A DNA stretch of 64,000 nucleotides, from the IMG/VR virus record IMGVR_UViG_3300021066_000001; one strand, given 5' to 3'. Both the position numbers and the translations under genes were made by a program. Of this stretch, positions 17,479-24,398 are shown piece after piece; position 1 is the stretch's first letter, and each line of letters opens with the position of its first letter. The notes under the pieces were generated by a model, which was not told the origin of the DNA, did not search any database, and saw only the letters and a list, made by a program, of their open reading frames with translations. Source of the DNA: a virus (taxonomy: Duplodnaviria; Heunggongvirae; Uroviricota; Caudoviricetes).

Positions 17479-17553
17479 TGGCAAGGGATGAGGGAATCGA
17501 ACCCCCGACTCGGAGTTTGGAGCTCCGCGTAGTTACCACTACACCAATCCCCT
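17479..17553 (-). tRNA. tRNA-Trp(CCA)
   Basis: AC arm CGGAG-CTCCAAA-CTCCG, G73, encoded CCA. Confidence 0.93.
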
Positions 17554-17615
17554 ACTGAACTGCTCGGTACCCTTCGCCCGTTGCGGTACCGATGTATTTT
17601 AGCACTGGACACAGC

Positions 17616-17689
17616 TGGCGGGTCGTCAAGGAATCGAACCCTGACTAAGAGTTTTGGAGGCTCCTGTGCTGCCACTACACCAACGACCC
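17616..17689 (-). tRNA. tRNA-Trp(CCA), second copy
   Basis: GGGTCGT/ACGACCC-GCCA; loop CTCCAAA. Confidence 0.9.
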
Positions 17690-17712
17690 GAGATAAGACG
17701 ATGCGGCCAGTA

Positions 17713-17800
17713 CTTTCTGAGATAGGACTCGAACCTACAATTCCACCTACTGGCAGGCAGCGCGACATGACTCGCACAGGGATTAACCCAGGGATTGCCC
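17713..17800 (-). pseudogene. Degenerate tRNA-like element (T-arm intact, CAT in a 6-nt loop, no good acceptor)
   Basis: GTAGG-TTCGAGT-CCTAT T-arm, GCGA-GTCATG-TCGC hairpin and a variable hairpin; boundaries approximate. Confidence 0.35.
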
Positions 17801-17820
17801 ATTCCCCCACTCATCCGTCT

Positions 17821-17907
17821 TGGTGCCTACGGAGGGACTCGAACCCTCAATCCCGTTAGGGAACAACGCTCTCAACGTTGCGCGTATACCAGTTCCGCCA
17901 CGCAGGC
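17821..17907 (-). tRNA. tRNA-Leu(GAG)
   Basis: Canonical class II cloverleaf, CAACG-TTGAGAG-CGTTG, CCA. Confidence 0.95.
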
Positions 17908-17913
17908 AAGGTA

Positions 17914-18024
17914 GAGCAAGGTGAGGGAATTCCCTGCTAGGATCCTCGTTACCGCGATTCGATGCGTAGCCCGGTAGCAGCCGGTCACGCTCTTTGGTTC
18001 TCGCCGCGAAATTTCACCTTGCTC
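17914..18024 (-). ncRNA. Candidate structured spacer RNA closed by an 11-bp terminal stem
   Basis: GAGCAAGGTGA/TCACCTTGCTC perfect inverted repeat filling the gap between two tRNAs. Confidence 0.45.
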
Positions 18025-18120
18025 TGGCGGAGAGCGGCGGTCTCGATCCGCATCCAAGAGCTCGCGCTCCCAGACGATCCGCTTAGCAGGCGGTCCCAGG
18101 GCCTCCCCGGTTCACTCTCC
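18025..18120 (-). tRNA. tRNA-Ser(GCU), 8/4 acceptor/T-stem type
   Basis: GGAGAGTG/CGCTCTCC (8 bp), T-stem GCGG/CCGC (4 bp), loop CTGCTAA, G73. Confidence 0.88.
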
Positions 18121-18491
18121 ATCGTCAGTGCCGTCGAACATCGCCATCCTACCTCCGTCGGCGATCGTCGCTCTCATCTTCTCGACACAGTCACGAACGG
18201 CTGCTCTGACCGTTCGTCCGAACCCGACTACCTCGACGCTTCTCGTTTTGTTCGGAAATCCCTCAGCTGGTGCTGGAACTCGAGGGTGTCCAAAGACACC
18301 TCCAGTACTCCCCACCCAGAAAGCTTGAGGGGAGCGGATGCAACCTGTACTTGTTGATCGCGTTCAGCAGCTCGGTGTCGTTCATGATAAAGGCTCCTAA
18401 GTAGAGGTCGCTCGTCTGATGCAGCATGCAAAAGCTACGTCAAAAAGGTCATGAGTCTCCAAACGCCGTTGCCAGCGCCTGCTTGCTTCCT

Positions 18492-18579
18492 TGGCGGATG
18501 ACGGAGGTCCCGACCCCCAGCCCGTTTCCGAGTCCATCTGCTTTCGAGGCAGCGCTAGTCCCTGACTAGTTCGTCATCC
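18492..18579 (-). tRNA. tRNA-Ser(CGA), 8/4 type
   Basis: GGATGACG/CGTCATCC, GGGG/CCTC, loop CTCGAAA. Confidence 0.88.
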
Positions 18580-18752
18580 TTGGGTTCGATCCGGGTGACG
18601 ATGATCTCGTCATCGCTCACCCTCCTCGTCCTGATCGTGATTCCTCTGTTTCGAGCGATCGCGTGGTACCAGGACGAGTACTTCACCCTGCGAGACTCGT
18701 TTACCTGGATGCCCTGGATCAGCTCACCTGCTTCTCTAGACTTGAGGTTCAT
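18555..18752 (-). CDS. Small hypothetical protein (MNLKSREAGE...) inside the tRNA array
   Basis: AAGGAG RBS; the stop lies inside tRNA-Ser(CGA). Confidence 0.55.
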   Translation of the reverse strand: MNLKSREAGELIQGIQVNESRRVKYSSWYHAIARNRGITIRTRRVSDDEIIVTRIEPKDDELVRD

Positions 18753-18763
18753 GTCGTCTCCTT

Positions 18764-18847
18764 TGGTGCGAGCGGTGGGAGTCGAACCCACATACCTTGC
18801 GGCACGTGCTCCTAAGGCACGTGTGTATACCATTCCACCACGCTCGC
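18764..18847 (-). tRNA. tRNA-Leu(UAG)
   Basis: CGTGC-CTTAGGA-GCACG; canonical. Confidence 0.95.
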
Positions 18848-18851
18848 ATAC

Positions 18852-18944
18852 TGGCGGAAGACGGAGGAGATGATCCCCAATCACGGGTTGGCCGCGATCC
18901 CATCGCTTTCAAGGCGAGTCCGAGACCTTCTCGGTTCGTCTTCC
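18852..18944 (-). tRNA. tRNA-Ser(UGA), 8/4 type
   Basis: GGAAGACG/CGTCTTCC, GGGG-ATCATCT-CCTC, loop CTTGAAA. Confidence 0.88.
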
Positions 18945-18948
18945 ATGC

Positions 18949-19031
18949 TGGTCCCCTCGCTCGGATTCGAACCGAGAAAAGCCTAGACTCTCGATCTAGT
19001 AGGTGTACCAATTTCCATTTGCCACGAGGGG
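18949..19031 (-). tRNA. Atypical tRNA, anticodon GAG (Leu), insertion before the D-arm, short variable loop, C33
   Basis: CCCCTCG/CGAGGGG-ACCA; CTAGA-TCGAGAG-TCTAG; variable region GCTTTT. Confidence 0.75.
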
Positions 19032-19039
19032 TCTCGTGT

Positions 19040-19128
19040 TGGTGCCCTCGGTCGGAGTCGAACCGACAATACGCTTTCGCGGCTCCAGGTTCTGAGCCTG
19101 GCAACTTTACCAATTTGTCCACGAGGGC
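19040..19128 (-). tRNA. tRNA-Leu(CAG)
   Basis: CCAGG-CTCAGAA-CCTGG; canonical. Confidence 0.95.
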
Positions 19129-19146
19129 AGCGTTACTTCTACAACT

Positions 19147-19236
19147 TGGAGGAGAGCGGCGGTCCCGACCCGCGACCAGCTTACGCCAGCCCGACTGCTT
19201 TCCAGGCAGTGCCACACCCCGTGCGGTTCACTCTCC
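19147..19236 (-). tRNA. tRNA-Ser(GGA), 8/4 type, U73
   Basis: GGAGAGTG/CGCTCTCC-TCCA; ACTGC-CTGGAAA-GCAGT. Confidence 0.88.
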
Positions 19237-19240
19237 AATT

Positions 19241-19332
19241 TGGTGGGTCTGGGGTAGAATCGAACTCCGTGCCTCGCTGAGGAAGAGCTTTACAGGCTCC
19301 TGACAGGACCACCCGTCCTTATGACCAGACCC
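19241..19332 (-). tRNA. Atypical tRNA-Tyr(GUA) with 8-bp acceptor and remodelled D-arm
   Basis: GGGTCTGG/CCAGACCC-ACCA; D hairpin AGGAC-GGGTG-GTCCT; loop CTGTAAA; imperfect T-stem. Confidence 0.7.
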
Positions 19333-19337
19333 AATGT

Positions 19338-19425
19338 TGGTGGATGGTGATGGATTTGAACCACCGAAGCCCGTCAGGGCGCCTGGTTTACAGCCAGGTG
19401 CAATTGGCCACTCTGCCAACCATCC
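19338..19425 (-). tRNA. tRNA-Tyr(GUA)
   Basis: CCTGG-CTGTAAA-CCAGG; canonical. Confidence 0.95.
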
Positions 19426-19426
19426 T

Positions 19427-19513
19427 TGGTGCCAGACCCCGGGCTCGAACCGGGACACCCTCACGGGTACTAATTTTTGAGACTAGCGCGTCTGCCGATT
19501 CCGCCAGTCTGGC
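19427..19513 (-). tRNA. tRNA-Leu(CAA)
   Basis: CTAGT-CTCAAAA-ATTAG; canonical. Confidence 0.95.
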
Positions 19514-19530
19514 AAGGTACTGCTTCCGAA

Positions 19531-19582
19531 TTGTAAAAGAGCGCGTTGCAAAAACGACTAGGGCCTCACTTGGAGGCCCTAG
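19531..19582 (-). promoter_or_regulatory. boxB-like hairpin (19558-19582) and boxA-like antitermination element GCTCTTTTACAA (19531-19542)
   Basis: 10-bp hairpin CTAGGGCCTC/GAGGCCCTAG followed by a near match to the rrn boxA TGCTCTTTAACA. Confidence 0.6.
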
Positions 19583-19695
19583 GTCTAGAATCTGTCGACT
19601 TTTCGTCAGATCACATAGAGACTAGGGCCTCTCCCCGAGATACGAGGACAGGGACCAGCTCAAGCTAAGTGATAGGACGTTCGTCATGGTATGAT

Positions 19696-19724
19696 ACTAT
19701 ATATTAGTTCTCGACGGAAGTAAA
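19696..19724 (-). promoter_or_regulatory. Early promoter of the tRNA array, TTTACT-N17-TATAGT
   Basis: Consensus match with 17-nt spacer. Confidence 0.7.
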
Positions 19725-19763
19725 CAACTTTGTGTATCCGGATGGACTACCACCAGCCTGAGC

Positions 19764-20123
19764 CTATCCGTCGCACTTCTCGCAGCGGTTACCAGCAGCC
19801 ACCCCGTGCGGGCAACGACCCCTCTTCGACTGCTCGGTCTTGACGACCTGGAACTTCGTCACCTCGTAGTAACCGCCGTAGGCGTCATGCCTCCAGTGAT
19901 CACCTTCTCGCGTGAAAGCCATGACGATGTCATCATGATCTGGCTTGATGAAGAGACCTACCTCTCCATGATCGCCCTCCACGTCAACTTCGCCGCTATC
20001 GGCTAGCTTGGGATCGATCACCGTGCCAAAGTACTCCTTGTCGCCCTCCTCGGACGTCTCGAGGATGGTACCCTTTACTCGAGCACCGACCGGGAGCTCG
20101 CCTACGATCTCATCAATTCTCAT
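19764..20123 (-). CDS. Small late protein (MRIDEI leader)
   Basis: Last gene of the TAAATA-driven string 19764-20877. Confidence 0.55.
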   Translation of the reverse strand: MRIDEIVGELPVGARVKGTILETSEEGDKEYFGTVIDPKLADSGEVDVEGDHGEVGLFIKPDHDDIVMAFTREGDHWRHDAYGGYYEVTKFQVVKTEQSKRGRCPHGVAAGNRCEKCDG

Positions 20124-20545
20124 TTGGTCGCGCGCTTGATATCGGCTGCGTTGACGGGAGTGATCGAGATGATGTCGGTCGCCTTGACCGCGTCCTGGCT
20201 CTTCATCCAGCGCCCCTTGGATCCTGCTTGACCTAGCGGGTCAGCGTCATCCACCTTCCAAGCCTCAGGATCTGAAACGCGAAGCTTGACGATCGAGACC
20301 TTTCCGGTGCCGAAACCCTTGTTGAACTCCCAGTCCATCTTGCCTGCCCAGCGAAGCGCGTCGAGCTCGTTCTCGAAGGCGAAGATCGCGCCGTCGCCGT
20401 AGCGCTCCTTGCTCGCGGCCTTGACCCAGTTCGAGGCGTTGAACTTGGTGAGACCCTTCTCCTTGATCTGGTCAGCGTTCTTGGTGAGGGTCGCGTGGTA
20501 GTAAGCGTCGGCCGCAGCCTCCGCGAGAAAGTTCTTGAAGTTCAC
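20120..20545 (-). CDS. Putative virion-packaged ART-fold protein
   Basis: Leader MNFKNFLAEA; YYHAT...IKEKGL...GAIFAF...VSIVKL. Confidence 0.55.
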   Translation of the reverse strand: MNFKNFLAEAAADAYYHATLTKNADQIKEKGLTKFNASNWVKAASKERYGDGAIFAFENELDALRWAGKMDWEFNKGFGTGKVSIVKLRVSDPEAWKVDDADPLGQAGSKGRWMKSQDAVKATDIISITPVNAADIKRATK

Positions 20546-20877
20546 GGCAGTTGCTCGGTGATCTCTGCGATCAGATCATCATCGGTCACCCAAGACTTAA
20601 CTTGAGCGTCTGTGAACTCGTTAACCTCTTCAACCTTTCCGCTAGGGTCGGTCTTGAGGTAGAGGAAAACCTCATCTCCAGACTTCATGCTGACGTACTC
20701 GTAAGTGTACCAGCACTCGGTCTTCGGGTCGAAGAAGGCCTCGTCGGTCCATCCGTCTTCTGATTTGGGGAACTTTTTTGTGAGGTACTTCGCGACGGCT
20801 CTAAAGGCCTCGACGCCCTTCTTGATCAGCTCGTCGTGGTCGATCTTAGCCTCTCTCAGAAAGTTCTTGAATTCCAC
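20542..20877 (-). CDS. Small late protein (MEFKNFLREA leader)
   Basis: TAAATA at 20900-20905 and a GGAG RBS. Confidence 0.6.
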   Translation of the reverse strand: MEFKNFLREAKIDHDELIKKGVEAFRAVAKYLTKKFPKSEDGWTDEAFFDPKTECWYTYEYVSMKSGDEVFLYLKTDPSGKVEEVNEFTDAQVKSWVTDDDLIAEITEQLP

Positions 20878-20898
20878 GTGGTGATCTCCGATAAAGAG

Positions 20899-21444
20899 CT
20901 ATTTACGATGCCTGCGGCAGATCTGCAACAGGTGCGGCGTAGGATCGAGCAGCTGCTCGGGCGGCTTCGCCGGGGGCAGATTCCAGTCCAGACAGCTGCG
21001 CGAGCCCATGCGATGGAGCTCGAGGTGAAGCATGCTGGTCGGGCGCCCCTTGTCATGGCGAAGGACACGGATGACGTGTCCGACGACGTCACCTGCGAAG
21101 ATCACTCGCCCTTCTTGTACCGCAGGAGAGATCTCTCCGTAGACGACGACTCCAGACCGCCCCTCGACCATCACCGCCTTCGTGTCGAACCACCACGGTG
21201 ACCCTGCGGCTGGACCGGTCATCGGCAGCACTCTGACGACCGCACCTGACTCTACCGCGTAAACAGGCGTGCCCACTGGCGCGTAGAGGTCGACGCCCTC
21301 GTGGACGTGGTGCTTTCGGACGACTCCGAACGCTCCTGGATGACTCCCGACCGGAACGCCAGTCGTGTCCTTTGAGAAGATCTTGAAAGACTCGCCGTCG
21401 CTCGTCTCAACGAGCCTAAGCTTCAGCGGCTTACGCCAAGTCAT
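20899..21444 (-). CDS. M23-family metallopeptidase
   Basis: HEGVDLYAPVGTPVYAVESG (HxxxD) and MLHLEL (HxH-like). Confidence 0.85.
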   Translation of the reverse strand: MTWRKPLKLRLVETSDGESFKIFSKDTTGVPVGSHPGAFGVVRKHHVHEGVDLYAPVGTPVYAVESGAVVRVLPMTGPAAGSPWWFDTKAVMVEGRSGVVVYGEISPAVQEGRVIFAGDVVGHVIRVLRHDKGRPTSMLHLELHRMGSRSCLDWNLPPAKPPEQLLDPTPHLLQICRRHRK

Positions 21445-21690
21445 GAAGCCTAGCCAGACCTACCAAGGTGAGCCACCTGCCACGCCGTCCAAAGCTGATG
21501 CTTCAACGTCATGTCGCGCTCGCCTCCGAACAGGTCCATCTTGAACCACTGCTCGAAGCGTTCACGAGTGCGTTCTAGAGTTTCGAATTTCGGCGCCGCG
21601 GCGCGCCGGCGCACCGGCTTCTTCTTGAATATGAACTGGGCATCTGGGCCGCCGCCCGGCCTAGCGACAGGTGCTCCGCAGGTGGGACAC

Positions 21691-22041
21691 TTAGCCATCG
21701 CGAATGAGGGCTCGAATTCCATCAGCGAGCTGTGACGCGAGACTGCTCTGAGCTTGCCTGATGTTAGCCGCCTCAACGTCATGGCTCGCCCATTCTTCCG
21801 AGGCCGCCTTCCCTAGTCGCTCAGCGGCGTCACGACAGATCTTCTCAGCGGCCTTCAGCTTCTTCTCTGTCCGATTGTTCCAGAGCTCAACGTTGCGCTC
21901 GACCGTGTCACCGGGCTCAACGAGGAGAAGCAGAAACGCGGGACACTTCCGATTTGAGCAACCGATCATAGCTCCGTCGACGCTATCGGCCGGAACAAAT
22001 TCGGCGACTGACTCGCAGAAGGGGCAGGGCTTGAGGTTCAT
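21691..22041 (-). CDS. Lar-like (restriction alleviation) zinc-finger protein
   Basis: MNLKPCPFCES...IGCSNRKC...WNNR. Confidence 0.65.
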   Translation of the reverse strand: MNLKPCPFCESVAEFVPADSVDGAMIGCSNRKCPAFLLLLVEPGDTVERNVELWNNRTEKKLKAAEKICRDAAERLGKAASEEWASHDVEAANIRQAQSSLASQLADGIRALIRDG

Positions 22042-22358
22042 GCTAGACTAACGCTCAGCTCACGAGCCAGATCCGATCGACGGAGATGCCGCTTACCTGC
22101 ACGGCGGAGCTTACGCTCTAGCTGCCGACGCCCACGGCGCCCAGAGTTACCAGAGCCGAACCAACAACCTCGGGTACGTTCAACGCCCTTGAGCATCTCG
22201 ATCCTCGTTCAATCTCTTGCGAGCTTCTTGACGGGTCAGTCCCGTCAACCAGTGACGGTATCCCAAGATCGCCCCGTGCTTCACGCAGCGATGTAGCTTC
22301 GTGCGCTCGTCATACAAGCAAACATGCTTGTCACAGACTAACCAACCTGTCTGCTCTC

Positions 22359-22736
22359 TCAGCTTGCCCTCTTTCCGGTGGTCTTCCGGTAGTCGGCCTT
22401 CCCGCCGAAGCAGCCGAACACTGCGAGCGCGTCGTACTCACGGCCCGACGCCTCCTCGGCCTCGAAGGCCTCGTGGTCAACGAGGCGCAGGTACTGCTCG
22501 ACGTCGATGCAGTGCACCGTCCGCGGGCCGACGTACTCGTCCATGCCCCAGGCTCCGGTCAAGTAGCCGGTGTCGAAGTCCTCGGACGGAATCTCGATGA
22601 CCGCGATCTGGTCATAGTGCATGAAGCGCTGGTCACGGGCACACTTCTCCGCCAGAGCGACGGCGGCCTCGAGGGTAGAGCGACCGCCCAAAACGGCGTT
22701 GCTCTCGTACGGGTACCGGGCCTCAACAAAGAACAT
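22359..22736 (-). CDS. Hypothetical protein
   Basis: Downstream of an early promoter TGTACT-N17-TAAAAT (about 22772-22800). Confidence 0.55.
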   Translation of the reverse strand: MFFVEARYPYESNAVLGGRSTLEAAVALAEKCARDQRFMHYDQIAVIEIPSEDFDTGYLTGAWGMDEYVGPRTVHCIDVEQYLRLVDHEAFEAEEASGREYDALAVFGCFGGKADYRKTTGKRAS

Positions 22737-22811
22737 GCTTGGGAGATGACCTTGCTGGATGGGATAAGAGAATTTTAACTCAAACTCTCTCAGAAGTACA
22801 CTGCTTTTGAG

Positions 22812-23111
22812 TTAGTGCTTGCGAAAGCCTGCTAACTTGATGATCTTGCCGAGATGCTCCTCATGCCCGGCGTCTTGACAGAGCTGATAGATGATCGTGT
22901 AGTTCAGCTGACGCAAGTCATGCTTGTAGATCTCGTCGATCACGTCAGCCTTGACATCCTCGGGCAGGTCGCTCTTCTCGAGGGCGTTCTTGAACGCGTC
23001 TACGCCGATGAAGTAGTCTTGCGTGCCGTGGTGAAGCTCAGCCTTACGGGTGAGCTCTGGCTCGACGATCGCCTCTGAGAGAATCTCGAGCAACTCTTGC
23101 AAGAGCTTCAT
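22812..23111 (-). CDS. Small late protein (MKLLQELLEILSEA leader)
   Basis: Coupled late string downstream of the endolysin. Confidence 0.6.
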   Translation of the reverse strand: MKLLQELLEILSEAIVEPELTRKAELHHGTQDYFIGVDAFKNALEKSDLPEDVKADVIDEIYKHDLRQLNYTIIYQLCQDAGHEEHLGKIIKLAGFRKH

Positions 23112-23302
23112 CGCGCCATCTCCCCGGCCTTGACCAAGATCGTCCTCAAGTAGTCGGCCGCGTCATACATCCCGAGACGATTCGCGACGCCGTAGAGATC
23201 CTTGAGCTGGTCGTTCAGCGCGTCTTGCCGCTGCTTTTGCTGCGGGATCTGCTTCAGGACGGTCTCGCCGAACGTCTCTGCTAGAAAGCTCTTGAAGATC
23301 AT
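23108..23302 (-). CDS. Small late protein (MIFKSFLAET leader)
   Basis: Coupled late string. Confidence 0.6.
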   Translation of the reverse strand: MIFKSFLAETFGETVLKQIPQQKQRQDALNDQLKDLYGVANRLGMYDAADYLRTILVKAGEMAR

Positions 23303-23571
23303 AGCGGAATGAGTTTCGAAAGGTTAACCTCACCGAAGCCCTGGGTGAGCACGAACTCCTTCCCCGACTTCGTGGTGATCGTGACGGCGCCATAACTTCC
23401 AGCACGAGGATAGTGGGGCGAACCATACTTGACATTCGTGATCGTCTCACCCTCGAGCTCCTTGAAGTTGACCGCGTCAGGGCGAGCTCTAAGCTTCTCG
23501 GCGGGCTTATCTGGCTTCTTCTCCTCTACCTCGCGGAGATTGATCAGCTCTCGAAGTAAGTCCATGGTCAC
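23299..23571 (-). CDS. Small late protein (MDLLRELINLREV leader)
   Basis: Coupled late string. Confidence 0.55.
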   Translation of the reverse strand: MTMDLLRELINLREVEEKKPDKPAEKLRARPDAVNFKELEGETITNVKYGSPHYPRAGSYGAVTITTKSGKEFVLTQGFGEVNLSKLIPL

Positions 23572-23804
23572 CTCTTTCCTAGCTTGATAGGATCAGACGT
23601 GATCCCGTGCTTCACCTTGAGAGCCTCGAGGTCGTCACCGGTGTCGATCACTCGCTGAAGCTCGTTGCTGGCCACGGTCCACACGCCGTAACGGGGGATC
23701 GTGGTGATCACTTTGCCCTGGTGCTCCACGTCGGTGGCTACGCCGAAGTCGGTGATGACGAGCGGATCCCTTGCTTCTTGGATGACGAAGGCTTTGAAGT
23801 CCAT
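23568..23804 (-). CDS. Small late protein (MDFKAFVIQEA leader)
   Basis: Coupled late string. Confidence 0.6.
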   Translation of the reverse strand: MDFKAFVIQEARDPLVITDFGVATDVEHQGKVITTIPRYGVWTVASNELQRVIDTGDDLEALKVKHGITSDPIKLGKR

Positions 23805-24394
23805 TAAGTGACCTTCAGCTCCCGCTTGGCGCGCTCCCAGTACATCTTACGATCGTCAAGACCGTTCGTCCCGCCGTTGATGATCTTCGTGCACTTGAGA
23901 AAGTCATCGGCGTCAGCGCAAGCGTTGAGCTTCTTCCACTTCCAGAACCAACCCGCCGAGCGGCACGCGTGGAGGGGCTTCTCGAGCACCTCGGGGTTCG
24001 TGAGGAGAAAGTCAGGATCTCTGAAGAGCGCGATCGAGCACTCCTTGTAGTTCGCCGCGCCGGTGATCTGGATCAAGCCGCGCCCACGATACTTTTGACC
24101 GTCACCGTCCGCTCCAGGAGTGTTGCCTAGGTTCTCAGCCAGCTTTCCGGTGTCGTACGCGACGCCGTCGGCGAGCTCGGCCAGGTAGCGAAACTCTCCC
24201 GACTCGTGGGCGACCTGGGCGAGGAACATCGCGGCGCGCCGCGGAGTGTTGATCTCGAAGGCCTCAAGCGTGATGTTGAGCGGCTCAAGAAAAACCTCGA
24301 GGCGCGTCTTCGACTTCGGGTTCTTGGAGTCGATCCGCGTCTTGACGTTCGGCATCACCTTCAAGAGGATGTCAGCGGTAAGTAGGTCCGGCAT
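23804..24394 (-). CDS. Glycoside hydrolase family 19 endolysin
   Basis: AMFLAQVAHESG, DGQKYRGRGLIQITGAANY, SAGWFW, INGGTNGLDDR; TAAATA 5 nt upstream. Confidence 0.92.
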   Translation of the reverse strand: MPDLLTADILLKVMPNVKTRIDSKNPKSKTRLEVFLEPLNITLEAFEINTPRRAAMFLAQVAHESGEFRYLAELADGVAYDTGKLAENLGNTPGADGDGQKYRGRGLIQITGAANYKECSIALFRDPDFLLTNPEVLEKPLHACRSAGWFWKWKKLNACADADDFLKCTKIINGGTNGLDDRKMYWERAKRELKVT

Positions 24395-24398
24395 GAAC

